A DNA stretch of 64,000 bases from Microbacterium sp. (GTDB lineage: Bacteria > Actinomycetota > Actinomycetes > Actinomycetales > Microbacteriaceae): assembly GCF_051860965.1 (NCBI RefSeq), contig NZ_JBIMKU010000003.1:367671-431670 (forward strand). The letters are read 5' to 3'. Position numbers and translations under genes: made by a program. This document shows positions 37,956 through 49,150 of this stretch, in pieces (within the stretch, counting starts at the first letter, position 1; each line of letters starts with the position of its first letter). The notes under the pieces are model-generated. The model worked only from the letters and a program-made list of their open reading frames with translations, searched no databases and was not told the origin of the DNA.

Positions 37956-39152
37956 ATGCATCTGCTCCGTTCTGCCCGCTTTCCCGCTATCGTCCTGCTC
38001 GCCGCCGCGATCCTCGCCCTCCTTCTCGCGAATTCTCCGTGGGGCGCCGCCATCGTCGGGGTCAAGGAGACCTACCTCGGCGTTCCCGGCGTCTTCGAGA
38101 TGTCGGTGGGGCACTGGGTCCAGGACGGACTCCTCGCGATCTTCTTCTTCGTGGTCGCCGTCGAGTTGCAGTTCGAGCTCACCAACGGAGAGCTGAACTC
38201 CGCCCGCAAGGCCCTGCAGCCCGCGATCGCGGCAGCGGGCGGTGTCGTCATCCCCATCGCCGTCTACCTCGCCTTCGCGGCCGGGTCCGACGCGGCCTCC
38301 GGCTGGCCGATCCCGACGGCCACCGACATCGCGTTCGCCCTCGGCGTGCTCGCGGTCTTCGGCAAGGGCCTCCCCTCCGGCATCCGGATCTTCCTCCTGG
38401 CACTGGCGATCCTCGACGACATCGTCGGGATCGTGTTCATCGCGGTGCTGTTCACGGACGGCGTCGACATCGGGATGCTGGCGCTCGCCCTCGTGGCCGT
38501 GGCACTGTTCGGAGTGCTCAGTCGCGCCTCCGGCGGTCGGGGTCGCGTCGCGATCTCTCTCGCTCTCGTCGTGCTCGCCATCACGGCGTGGGTGCTCGTC
38601 TACCTCTCGGGCGTCCACGCGACGATCGCCGGAGTGGCGCTGGGGCTCGCGATGGCCCAGCAGCCCGCGCTGCGCGCGCGACACGCGCTCGAGCCCTGGG
38701 TGAATGCGATCGTGCTGCCGCTCTTCGCCTTCTCGGCGGCGCTCGTCGTCATACCCGCCGTCTCGGCGGGCCAGCTGTCGCCGGCGTTCTGGGGCGTGCT
38801 GGTCGCGCTGCCCGTCGGCAAGGTCGTCGGGATCACGCTCTTCGGCTGGCTGTCGCTGCGCATCGGGAACAGGGGCGCAGCGCCCCATCTGTCGATCGCC
38901 GATCTTCTGACGGCGGGCGCGCTCGGCGGCATCGGCTTCACCGTGTCCCTCCTGCTGTCGGAGCTCGCCTTCGCGGGGAGTCCGCTCATCCGTGACGAGG
39001 CGACCCTCGGCGTCCTGGCCGGCTCTGCCGTGTCGCTCGTGATCGCGGCGATCCTCGTGTCGCAGCGCGCGAGGTACTACCGTCGGCGGGGTGACGCCGC
39101 CGCCGACGCCGATCCCGTCCACGCCGATCCGAACGAGAGTCGCATCACGTGA
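37956..39152 (+). CDS. nhaA: Na+/H+ antiporter NhaA
   Basis: WVQDGLLAIFFF, AAAGG, GWPIPTATDIAFALG, LAILDDI, SGVHATIAGV, GIGFTVSL. Confidence 0.96.
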   Translation: MHLLRSARFPAIVLLAAAILALLLANSPWGAAIVGVKETYLGVPGVFEMSVGHWVQDGLLAIFFFVVAVELQFELTNGELNSARKALQPAIAAAGGVVIPIAVYLAFAAGSDAASGWPIPTATDIAFALGVLAVFGKGLPSGIRIFLLALAILDDIVGIVFIAVLFTDGVDIGMLALALVAVALFGVLSRASGGRGRVAISLALVVLAITAWVLVYLSGVHATIAGVALGLAMAQQPALRARHALEPWVNAIVLPLFAFSAALVVIPAVSAGQLSPAFWGVLVALPVGKVVGITLFGWLSLRIGNRGAAPHLSIADLLTAGALGGIGFTVSLLLSELAFAGSPLIRDEATLGVLAGSAVSLVIAAILVSQRARYYRRRGDAAADADPVHADPNESRIT

Positions 39153-39844
39153 GCCACGATCACCCTGACGCCCTGCGCGAAGCGGCCGACACCATGAAGG
39201 CCGTGCGCGATCGATGCGTCTGGACGCAGCAGATCGACCATCGCGCTCTCGTGCCGTACCTCATCGAGGAGAGCGCCGAGCTCATCGACGCCGTCGAGGA
39301 CGGCTCGCGCGACGAACTGCGCGAGGAGCTGGGCGACCTGCTGTGGCAGGTCCTGTTCCACTCCGAGATCGCCTCGCGCGACACCGAGGATCCGTTCGAC
39401 ATCGACGACGTCGCACGAGGGCTCACGGACAAGATGGTGCGCCGGCATCCCCACGTCTTCGCCGGCGCGGTCGCCACGACGCCCGAAGAGGTGCTCGTGC
39501 ACTGGAATGCGGCCAAGGCGGCCGAGAAGAACTCCCGCACGAGTGTGCTCGACGGGGTGTCGCGCCATATGCCGTCGCTCGCGCTCGCGCAGAAGCTCCT
39601 GGGAAAGGCGGCGAGCATCGGTGCGCCGAACCCCACCGATCTCGTCGAGCCCGACCCCGGCGACGTGCCGTTCGACGGGATCACCCGTGTTCACGATGGG
39701 GCACCGCGCTCGGAGCGCGAGCTCGGCGACGCGCTGCTCGCGCTCGTCGCGGTCTCGCGGGCGCACGGGTGGGATGCCGAGCGCGCGCTGCGCGAGCGCC
39801 TGCGCGCGCTCGAGGACGACATCCGCGACGCGGAGCGCGCATAG
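39149..39844 (+). CDS. mazG: MazG family nucleoside triphosphate pyrophosphohydrolase
   Basis: CVWTQQ, YLIEESAE, EELGDLL, KMVRRHPHVF; second domain degenerate; GTGA overlap with nhaA. Confidence 0.9.
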   Translation: MSHDHPDALREAADTMKAVRDRCVWTQQIDHRALVPYLIEESAELIDAVEDGSRDELREELGDLLWQVLFHSEIASRDTEDPFDIDDVARGLTDKMVRRHPHVFAGAVATTPEEVLVHWNAAKAAEKNSRTSVLDGVSRHMPSLALAQKLLGKAASIGAPNPTDLVEPDPGDVPFDGITRVHDGAPRSERELGDALLALVAVSRAHGWDAERALRERLRALEDDIRDAERA

Positions 39845-39935
39845 TCCGGGACGGCTGGGTCGCCGGGCCCTCGCGTCGAGGTCTGCGCCGTCGCTCGAGG
39901 AGTCGTGCAGGGGATCGACCTGGAACAATAGCCCC

Positions 39936-41219
39936 GTGGCATCCGTGAACCCGCCGCGCGGCATGCGCGACTTCCTCCCCGCCGAGAAGGCCCGTCGCGA
40001 GCGCGTGCTCGCCGTCATCCGCGAGCGCTATCGCGCGCACGGCTTCGACGAGATCGAGACGCCCGTCATGGAGGAGTACGCGCGTCTGCACGCCGGCATC
40101 GGCGGTGACAACGAGAAGCTCGCGTTCAACGTGCTCGCGCGCGGGCTCGACGCCGAGGCGATCCGGGCGGCGGCCGACGATCCCGCGGCGCTCACCGATC
40201 TCGGCCTGCGCTACGACCTCACCGTCCCGCTCGCGCGGTTCTACGCGACGCACCGCGGTCAGCTGCCGACCGTGTTCCGCTCGATCCAGATCGCGCCGGT
40301 CTGGCGCGCCGAGCGCCCGCAGAAGGGTCGCTACCGCCAGTTCGTGCAGTGCGACATCGACATCATCGGCGACGCGTCGGCGCGCGCCGAGGCCGAGCTC
40401 GCCGTCGCGACCCTCGACACACTCGATGCGCTCGGACTCGAGGGGGGCAGCATCCGGATCAACGACCGTCGCGTGCTGGACTGGATGCTCGAGTCCTTCG
40501 GCTTCGGCGAGAGCGAGCGCCCGAGCGTGCTCATCACGATCGACAAGCTCGACAAGCTCGGTCCCGACGGCGTCGTCGCCGAACTGCGCGAGCGGAACGC
40601 GACCGCCGCGGCCGCCGATGCCTTCGCGGCGTTCCTGCGCCGGCCGATGACGATGGAGTACAACCCCTACGGCGAGCGCCAGATCCGCAAAGCCCTGCCC
40701 GAGGGGGCGCCCGACGAGATCGTCGCCCACCTCGTCGGCATCGGCGACGCGGTGGCCGCGGCCCGCGGCGGCGCCGACATCCCACTCGTCTTCGACCCGT
40801 TCCTCGTGCGCGGAATGGGCTACTACACCGGCACGATCTTCGAGCTCGCGCACCCGTCCGTGTCGTACTCGCTCGGCGGGGGAGGGCGCTACGACGGCAT
40901 GATCGGCCGATTCCTCGGCCAGGACGTGCCCGCCGTGGGCTTCTCGATCGGGTTCGAGCGCATCGTCGACCTGCTGGAGGGAGGAGCGGATGCCGCGGCA
41001 TCCGCCGTCGTCCTCGTCCACGACCGCGACGTGCCGACCGGCGAGCTCCTCGCGGTCAAGGCGGCTCTCGTGGCGGAAGGATCGCGGGTGCGGCTCGAGC
41101 AGCGCACGAAGAACCTCAAGGCGCTGCTGGAGCGGGCCGAGGCCGACGGATACACGGCCTTCGCGACGGTATCGGCCGGCGCGACGCGTACGGACCTCGA
41201 GGTCAAGCCCCTGGGCTGA
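39936..41219 (+). CDS. hisS: Histidine--tRNA ligase, eukaryote-like (RYDLTVP) type
   Basis: PRGMRDF, LRYDLTVPLAR, RAERPQKGRYRQF, RGMGYYTG, GGGRYD, GFSIGFERI. Confidence 0.9.
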   Translation: MASVNPPRGMRDFLPAEKARRERVLAVIRERYRAHGFDEIETPVMEEYARLHAGIGGDNEKLAFNVLARGLDAEAIRAAADDPAALTDLGLRYDLTVPLARFYATHRGQLPTVFRSIQIAPVWRAERPQKGRYRQFVQCDIDIIGDASARAEAELAVATLDTLDALGLEGGSIRINDRRVLDWMLESFGFGESERPSVLITIDKLDKLGPDGVVAELRERNATAAAADAFAAFLRRPMTMEYNPYGERQIRKALPEGAPDEIVAHLVGIGDAVAAARGGADIPLVFDPFLVRGMGYYTGTIFELAHPSVSYSLGGGGRYDGMIGRFLGQDVPAVGFSIGFERIVDLLEGGADAAASAVVLVHDRDVPTGELLAVKAALVAEGSRVRLEQRTKNLKALLERAEADGYTAFATVSAGATRTDLEVKPLG

Positions 41220-41267
41220 CACCCGACGGTCAGCCGCCGTTCACCCGGGCGGTGTGGAATCCCACGC

Positions 41268-42059
41268 ATGGCACACGTGCGGACCGTCGCCATCGCCTCC
41301 GGCGCCGTCGTGGGATTCACCGCGTTCGCCGTGACGGGCCGGGTCGTGCTCGCCCGTCAGGCCGCGATCGCACGTCGCCGCATCGGCAAGCCCCTCGGCG
41401 AGGACGCGATCGACGCGGACCGCGTGTGGCAGCGGGGGCGCGAGGGCGAACCGATCGACCTGCTGCTCCTCGGGGACTCGATCGCAGCAGGCCTCGGCGC
41501 AGGGCGCCGCAAGGACACACTCGGCGGGCGGATCGCGAAAGGCTTGGCTCGGCGCCTGCATCGCCCTGTGCGGCTGCGCACGGCCGCCGTCGTGGGGGCG
41601 GAGTCGTCCGCGCTGGCCGCACAGCTCGACGATCTGCCGCCGGACTACCGTCCCGACATCGCCGTGATCGTCGTCGGCGGGAACGACGTGACGCACCGCA
41701 TCCCCGTGTCGGAGTCCGTGCGTCATCTGACCGGCGCGATCCGCCGACTGCAGGCCCTCGGGGCAGCGGTCGTCGTCGGCACGTGCCCCGACCTCGGCGC
41801 ACTCCGCCCCGTTCCGCAGCCGCTGCGCGCCCTGGGCTCGCGGCAGTCGCGTCTGCTCGCGGCCGCGCAGGCCGACGCGGTCGAGAGCGTCGGCGCGCAT
41901 GCGGTATCGCTGCGTACGGCGGTGGGCGCCTTCTTCATCTCTCAGCCCGACGAGATGTTCAGCCTCGATCGGTTCCACCCGAGCGCGCTCGGCTACCGCC
42001 GCACGGCCGAGGCGCTCCTTCCCGCGATTCTCGCCGCGTTCAGCGCCCGGACGCCGTGA
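41268..42059 (+). CDS. SGNH/GDSL hydrolase with N-terminal anchor
   Basis: LGDSIAAG (block I), GGND (block III), DRFHP (block V). Confidence 0.88.
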   Translation: MAHVRTVAIASGAVVGFTAFAVTGRVVLARQAAIARRRIGKPLGEDAIDADRVWQRGREGEPIDLLLLGDSIAAGLGAGRRKDTLGGRIAKGLARRLHRPVRLRTAAVVGAESSALAAQLDDLPPDYRPDIAVIVVGGNDVTHRIPVSESVRHLTGAIRRLQALGAAVVVGTCPDLGALRPVPQPLRALGSRQSRLLAAAQADAVESVGAHAVSLRTAVGAFFISQPDEMFSLDRFHPSALGYRRTAEALLPAILAAFSARTP

Positions 42060-42510
42060 CCCGCTTCTTCTCGCGCACGTACACCTCGCGGCGCACGCGC
42101 GCGACGACGTCGCCCGCGGCATCCGTGATCTCGGTCTCGAACCACTCGAGCACCTTCGCGCCGTCCTTCGCACGTTCGCGCAGCTCGTGCGCCTTCTCGG
42201 GCGGCACAGCGAAATGCGCCGTCAGCACGCCGCGACCCGGCTTGACGAACTCGATCTCGCCACGGGTGTCCCACACGACGTAGTCGCGCCCCAGCTGGTG
42301 CATCACGAGCATGAAGAAGTACGGATCCGTCATGGCCGACATCGAGCCGCCGAATGCCGTCTTGACGTAATTGCGCGTGATGACGTTGACATGCAGCTCG
42401 ACGGTCGCGCTCGTCCAGTCCTCGGCGAAGCGGCGGACGCGGATGCCGCTCCACAGGTTCGGAGCCCACAGGCTCATGCCGATGGCCAGACGTCGAGGAG
42501 TCACGCGCAT
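42040..42510 (-). CDS. DUF4442 / hotdog-fold thioesterase-like protein
   Basis: NYVKTAFGGSMSAMTDP, VWDTRGEIEFVKPG; leaderless CACGAT plus 6 nt; 20-nt convergent overlap with the SGNH gene. Confidence 0.8.
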   Translation of the reverse strand: MRVTPRRLAIGMSLWAPNLWSGIRVRRFAEDWTSATVELHVNVITRNYVKTAFGGSMSAMTDPYFFMLVMHQLGRDYVVWDTRGEIEFVKPGRGVLTAHFAVPPEKAHELRERAKDGAKVLEWFETEITDAAGDVVARVRREVYVREKKRVTASGR

Positions 42511-42635
42511 GACTTCATCGTGCCGGTGCGGTCGGAACGCGCCGGAATCGATTGTCGCGCGGCCACAATCGCACGCGGCACGAGCACCGCAGGGCCTGTG
42601 CTTGACGCGGCATCCGCGCACTTGTTGGGTGGTGA

Positions 42636-44693
<2,058 letters not shown>

Positions 44694-44715
44694 AAGCCTG
44701 TCGAGAGGGGGAGCC

Positions 44716-45240
44716 GTGGCGAAGACGACGGCTCCCCCTCCTCGTGCCCGGCGCACGTCGCAGAGGGCCCCGCGGCGCCGACTCGACGTGCGCGAGTGGC
44801 TCGGCGGCATCCGGCTCTCCGGGTTCATGGTGATCATGATGGGCCTCGTCGTGCTGGCGGCCTTCGTGCTCGTGCCGACGATCGGCACCTACCTGGGCCA
44901 GCGTCAGCAGATCGCGGCGCTCGAACAGGCCGTCGAGCTGAGCAAAGAGGACGTGGCGGCGCTCGAGGCCGAACGGGAGCGCTGGAAGGATCCCGCGTTC
45001 CTCACGACGCAGGCCCGCGAGCGTCTGTACTACGTCAAGCCCGGCGAGGTGGTCTATCTCGTCGACAACGACCTGCCGATCGAGGACATCCCGCAGGAAC
45101 AGGCGGCGGTCAGCGACGACGTCGAGCAGACGCAGACCGACTGGATGTCGCAGTTCGTGCGATCGGTCACCGAGGCGGGGCTGGCCCAGACTGTCAAGGC
45201 GCCGACGATCGGCGTGCCCGACCCGACGCCGAGCCCCTGA
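44716..45240 (+). CDS. ftsB: Septum formation initiator (FtsB/DivIC family)
   Basis: Basic N-terminus, TM, coiled coil, QARERLYYVKPGE; position directly after eno. Confidence 0.85.
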   Translation: MAKTTAPPPRARRTSQRAPRRRLDVREWLGGIRLSGFMVIMMGLVVLAAFVLVPTIGTYLGQRQQIAALEQAVELSKEDVAALEAERERWKDPAFLTTQARERLYYVKPGEVVYLVDNDLPIEDIPQEQAAVSDDVEQTQTDWMSQFVRSVTEAGLAQTVKAPTIGVPDPTPSP

Positions 45241-45281
45241 TCGCCAGGCGCCGCTCAGGTGCCGCCCGGTAGCCTGGAACC

Positions 45282-45800
45282 GTGCCGACTCCGCCCTACG
45301 CCCCCGCGACCGAGCGCGACCTCGAGGTGCTGCGTGCACAGCTCGGCCGTCCCTCGCGCGGCGTCGTCGGCATCGCGGCACGGTGCGTCTGCGGCAACCC
45401 CACGGTGGTCGCGACCGCCCCGCGACTGCCCGACGGCACGCCGTTCCCGACGTTCTACTACCTGACGCACCCCGCCGCGACGGCGGCGATGTCGACGCTC
45501 GAGGCAGGTCAGGTGATGCGGGAGCTGAACGAGGAGCTCGCCGCCGACGAGGAGCTCCGCGCCGCGTATGCGCGGGCGCACGAGGCCTACCTCGCCGACC
45601 GAGCGCCCTACGGCGACGTCGCCGAGATCGACGGCATCTCGGCCGGGGGCATGCCCACGCGCGTCAAGTGCCTGCACGCCGTACTCGGCCACACGCTCGC
45701 CGCGGGCCCCGGAGTCAACCCGATGGGCGACCGTGCGCTCGCGCTGTCGTCGTGGTCTCCTGAGCGCTGCGTCTGCGCCGAACCGGGACCGCGCGGATGA
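45282..45800 (+). CDS. DUF501 domain protein
   Basis: QLGRP, PFPTFYYL, GGMPTRVKCLHA; usual neighbour of eno-ftsB; leaderless TAGCCT plus 6 nt. Confidence 0.88.
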   Translation: MPTPPYAPATERDLEVLRAQLGRPSRGVVGIAARCVCGNPTVVATAPRLPDGTPFPTFYYLTHPAATAAMSTLEAGQVMRELNEELAADEELRAAYARAHEAYLADRAPYGDVAEIDGISAGGMPTRVKCLHAVLGHTLAAGPGVNPMGDRALALSSWSPERCVCAEPGPRG

Positions 45801-47080
45801 TCCGCCGCGCCGCGCTCGCGAGCACGGCTGTCGCGCTCGCCCTCGCGGTCGTCGCAGCCCCCGCGGCTGCTGCCGCGCCCGTCGCGCCGTCGACGACCGA
45901 GGCCGACCCCGTGCGGGCCGCGGAGTACTGGCTCGACGACTACGGCATCCGCACGGCGTGGCAGTCGACGCGCGGCGCCGGCGTGCGCATCGCGGTGATC
46001 GACACGGGCATCGCGCGCGGTCCGGTCGAGTTCGCGGGCGCCGTCGCCGGCGGAACGGATGTCTCGGGCGCCGGCACGCCCGACGGCCGAACTCCCGTCG
46101 GCGCTGTGGACTCCAATCACGGCAGCTGGGTGGGCTCGCTCGCCGCCGGCCGCGGCACGGGCGCCGATACGGGCATGATCGGGGTGGCGCCCGAGGCGGA
46201 GCTGCTGTCGATCTCGGTCGGCTTCGGGTCGTCCGCGATCGTTCCGTTCACGGAGCAGATCGCCGAGGCGGTGCGGTGGGCCGTGGACAACGACGCCGAC
46301 ATCATCAACATGTCGCTGACGACGAACGTGCCCGATTGGGACGAGAGCTGGGACGACGCCTTCCTCTACGCCTACGAGAACGACGTCGTCGTCATCGTCG
46401 CGGCCGGCAACCGCGCCAGCGGCACGACCCGCGTCGGCGCACCGGCGACGATCCCCGGCGTGCTGACCGTCGGCGGCGTCGATCCGTCGGGCCGCGCGAG
46501 CATCGACGCCTCGACGCAGGGCATCACGATCGGCGTCTCGGCGCCGAGCGAGCAGCTCCTCGGCGTCTCGGCCGACGGGCAGCTCGTCCAGTGGAGCGGC
46601 ACGAGCGGCGCCGCGCCGATCGTGGCAGGCATCGCCGCACTCGTGCGGTCGGCGCATCCCGAACTCGACGCGAACAACGTCATCAACCGGCTCATCAAGA
46701 CCGCGAAGCCCACGCCCGCCATGAAGGCGACCCCCGACCTGCTCTACGGATACGGACTGGTGGATGCCGCGGCCGCCGTCTCGACGAGCGTGCCGTCCGT
46801 GTCGACCAACCCCATGGGCAGTCTCGAGGAGTGGATCCGCCTGTACCGGCGCGCCGACTCGGGTCCGGCCCCGGTGCAGACGTCGGCGCCCGTCGTGGTG
46901 GCTCCTCTGCCGGCCGCGGAACCCGCGCCTCAGGCGGCGTCGCCGCTCCTGCCGTCGCGGGACACCCTCCTGTACGGCACGCTCCCGCTCCTGATGCTCA
47001 CGGTCACGGCTATACTGGTGGCGCTCGGCGTCACTGCTGCTGTCCGACGCATCCGATCGGCGCGTTCGCCGAGCCGCTGA
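45797..47080 (+). CDS. S8 subtilisin-like serine protease, mycosin-like architecture
   Basis: Signal peptide; triad motifs VIDTG, HGSWVGS, GTSGAAP; YGYGLVD; Pro-rich linker and C-terminal TM. Confidence 0.9.
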   Translation: MIRRAALASTAVALALAVVAAPAAAAAPVAPSTTEADPVRAAEYWLDDYGIRTAWQSTRGAGVRIAVIDTGIARGPVEFAGAVAGGTDVSGAGTPDGRTPVGAVDSNHGSWVGSLAAGRGTGADTGMIGVAPEAELLSISVGFGSSAIVPFTEQIAEAVRWAVDNDADIINMSLTTNVPDWDESWDDAFLYAYENDVVVIVAAGNRASGTTRVGAPATIPGVLTVGGVDPSGRASIDASTQGITIGVSAPSEQLLGVSADGQLVQWSGTSGAAPIVAGIAALVRSAHPELDANNVINRLIKTAKPTPAMKATPDLLYGYGLVDAAAAVSTSVPSVSTNPMGSLEEWIRLYRRADSGPAPVQTSAPVVVAPLPAAEPAPQAASPLLPSRDTLLYGTLPLLMLTVTAILVALGVTAAVRRIRSARSPSR

Positions 47081-47101
47081 CACGTAGGAGTACTCCGAAC
47101 C

Positions 47102-48523
47102 GTGACGAACACCGTCCCCAAGATCCTCATCGTCGGTGGTGGCTACGCAGGTTTCTACACTGCGTGGAAGCTCGAGAAGCACCTCCGCAAGGGCGAGGCC
47201 GACGTCATGATCGTCGATCCGCTGCCGTACATGACCTACCAGCCCTTCCTTCCCGAGGTCGCGGCCGGTTCCATCGAAGCGCGTCACTCGGTGGTGGCTC
47301 TTCGCCGTCACCTCAAGAAGACGACCGTCATCGCCGCCAAGGTGACCGGCATCGACCACGCGCACAAGACGGCGACGATCACGCCGATCGCGGGCGAGCC
47401 GTACCAGCAGGAGTACGACCAGATCGTCGTGACCGCGGGCGCCGTCTCGCGCACCTTCCCGATCCCCGGCATCGCCGACAACGCGATCGGCCTCAAGACG
47501 ATCGAAGAGGCCGTCGCGATCCGCGACAAGCTCATGTCGAACTTCGACAAGGCGTCGATGCTGCCGCACGGGCCCGAGCGCGATCGCCTGCTGACGGTCG
47601 TCGTCGTCGGCGGCGGCTTCGCCGGCATCGAGGTCTTCGCAGAGCTGCGCTCGCTCGCATCGTCGCTCATCAAGTACTACCCGACGATCACGTTCGACGA
47701 CACGCACTTCCACCTCATCGAGGCGATGGGGCGCATCATGCCCGAGGTGTCGCTCAAGACGAGCGAGTGGGTGCTCAAGGACCTGGCCCAGCGCGGTGCG
47801 TCCGTGCACCTCGACACGCAGCTGACGAGTGCCGTCGACGGCAATGTCGAACTCTCGACGGGCGAGACGATCCCCACCGACCTGATCGTCTGGACCGCCG
47901 GAGTGATGGCGAACCCCACCGTCGTGCGCGGCGGCGACCTCCCGGTCGAGGAGCGCGGTCGTATCCGCACGCGCGCCGACCTGCGCGTCGGGTCCGAGGA
48001 CGAGATCGTCGAGGGCGCATGGGCGGCCGGCGACGTCTCGGCCGTCCCCGATCTCTCGGGCGGCGGTGTCGGCGGCTACTGCGTGCCGAACGCCCAGCAC
48101 GCCGTGCGCCAGGCCAAGCTGCTCGCGAAGAACCTCGTCGCGGTCCTGCGCGGTGAGCTGCCGCGCGAGTACTTCCACAAGAACATGGGCGCCGTCGCGG
48201 GACTCGGGCTCTACAACGGCGTCTTCCAGTCGGGCAACATCGCGCTCAAGGGTCTCATCGCCTGGTTCGCGCATCGTGGCTACCACGGTCTCGCGATGCC
48301 GTCGTGGGAGCGCAAGTGGCGCGTGCTGTGGGGCTGGTGGAACAACCTCTGGCTCGGTCGCGACCTGGTCAACCTCGAGGCGGTGCAGAACCCTCGCTAC
48401 GTCTTCGAGGAGTTCGCGGCACGCCCGCGCCCGGCGGCTCCCGCCATCGACCCGAAGAGCGTCGCCGGCGAGAAGGCACCGGTCGCCGGCGCCGCCGCGA
48501 AGAAGCCTGCGAAGGTCGGCTGA
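47102..48523 (+). CDS. ndh: Type II NADH dehydrogenase
   Basis: GGGYAG, YQPFLPEVA, VGGGFAGIE, WTAGV, AGD, AQHAVRQ. Confidence 0.88.
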   Translation: MTNTVPKILIVGGGYAGFYTAWKLEKHLRKGEADVMIVDPLPYMTYQPFLPEVAAGSIEARHSVVALRRHLKKTTVIAAKVTGIDHAHKTATITPIAGEPYQQEYDQIVVTAGAVSRTFPIPGIADNAIGLKTIEEAVAIRDKLMSNFDKASMLPHGPERDRLLTVVVVGGGFAGIEVFAELRSLASSLIKYYPTITFDDTHFHLIEAMGRIMPEVSLKTSEWVLKDLAQRGASVHLDTQLTSAVDGNVELSTGETIPTDLIVWTAGVMANPTVVRGGDLPVEERGRIRTRADLRVGSEDEIVEGAWAAGDVSAVPDLSGGGVGGYCVPNAQHAVRQAKLLAKNLVAVLRGELPREYFHKNMGAVAGLGLYNGVFQSGNIALKGLIAWFAHRGYHGLAMPSWERKWRVLWGWWNNLWLGRDLVNLEAVQNPRYVFEEFAARPRPAAPAIDPKSVAGEKAPVAGAAAKKPAKVG

Positions 48524-48542
48524 GCCGCATCACGCTACCCTG

Positions 48543-48575
48543 GGCCCGGGTGTCGACGTCTGTCGGCCCCGGGCC
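48543..48575 (+). terminator. Hairpin between ndh and tRNA-Leu
   Basis: GGCCCGGG / CCCGGGCC arms; may be a terminator or the tRNA leader structure. Confidence 0.5.
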
Positions 48576-48588
48576 TTCGGCATACCTG

Positions 48589-48661
48589 GCCCCCGTAGCC
48601 CAATGGCAGAGGCAGGCGACTTAAAATCGCTTCAGTCCGGGTTCGAGTCCCGGCGGGGGTA
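48589..48661 (+). tRNA. tRNA-Leu (anticodon TAA) with a short 5-nt variable loop, CCA not encoded
   Basis: Acceptor GCCCCCG/CGGGGGT, anticodon stem GGCGA/TCGCT with loop CTTAAAA, T-arm CCGGG-TTCGAGT-CCCGG, discriminator A. Confidence 0.95.
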
Positions 48662-48763
48662 CGTCCGGACGCGCCGTCCGCTGTCGAGATCGCACAAAGA
48701 ATCATCCGTGTGCCCCGCCGCATGCAAGCCTGCTGTCAGCGATCGATCGCAGGAGGTCCCCAG

Positions 48764-49078
48764 ATGAAGACACGCGCGCGTCGCGGGATCATCGCGCTCG
48801 CGGCGGGCGCCGCTGTCGTGATCTCGAGCGGGTTCGCGATCTCGTTCGGCATGGGCATGGTGCGCGCGCCCGCCGGTGTGCTCTGGCAGGGAATGTGGAG
48901 CCTGCTTTTGGGCGACGCGGTGCCCGATGCACCTGCGAGCGTCTTCGTCGTCCCGGCACTGTGGGTGGCGGGCGGCCTCGTCGTGATGATCGCGGGGTGG
49001 GCGGCCATCATCCACGGCGTCGACCAGCTGTGGCGAACGCGCCACGACGCCGTCGATGTGGTCGAACCGACCGCCTGA
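48764..49078 (+). CDS. Hypothetical small membrane protein, 104 aa, about 2 TM
   Basis: SD AGGAGG; two hydrophobic segments. Confidence 0.7.
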   Translation: MKTRARRGIIALAAGAAVVISSGFAISFGMGMVRAPAGVLWQGMWSLLLGDAVPDAPASVFVVPALWVAGGLVVMIAGWAAIIHGVDQLWRTRHDAVDVVEPTA

Positions 49079-49120
49079 TGGCGTCATCAGCGCCGCCCGC
49101 GCGGTCGTAGGCTGTTGCGC

Positions 49121-49150
49121 ATGTCTTTCCCCCCGAAGAGGCACGCATGA
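49121..49150 (+). CDS. Leaderless 9-codon upstream ORF (MSFPPKRHA)
   Basis: TAGGCT (49108) plus 7 nt ATG; its TGA overlaps the next start (ATGA). Confidence 0.45.
   Translation: MSFPPKRHA

Noticed and set aside
39936-41219. Calling this gene hisZ (ATP-PRT regulatory subunit)
   Set aside because: It retains the catalytic motif 2 (RAERPQKGRYRQF), the RGMGYY histidine-binding loop and an anticodon-binding C-terminal domain, as expected for HisRS.
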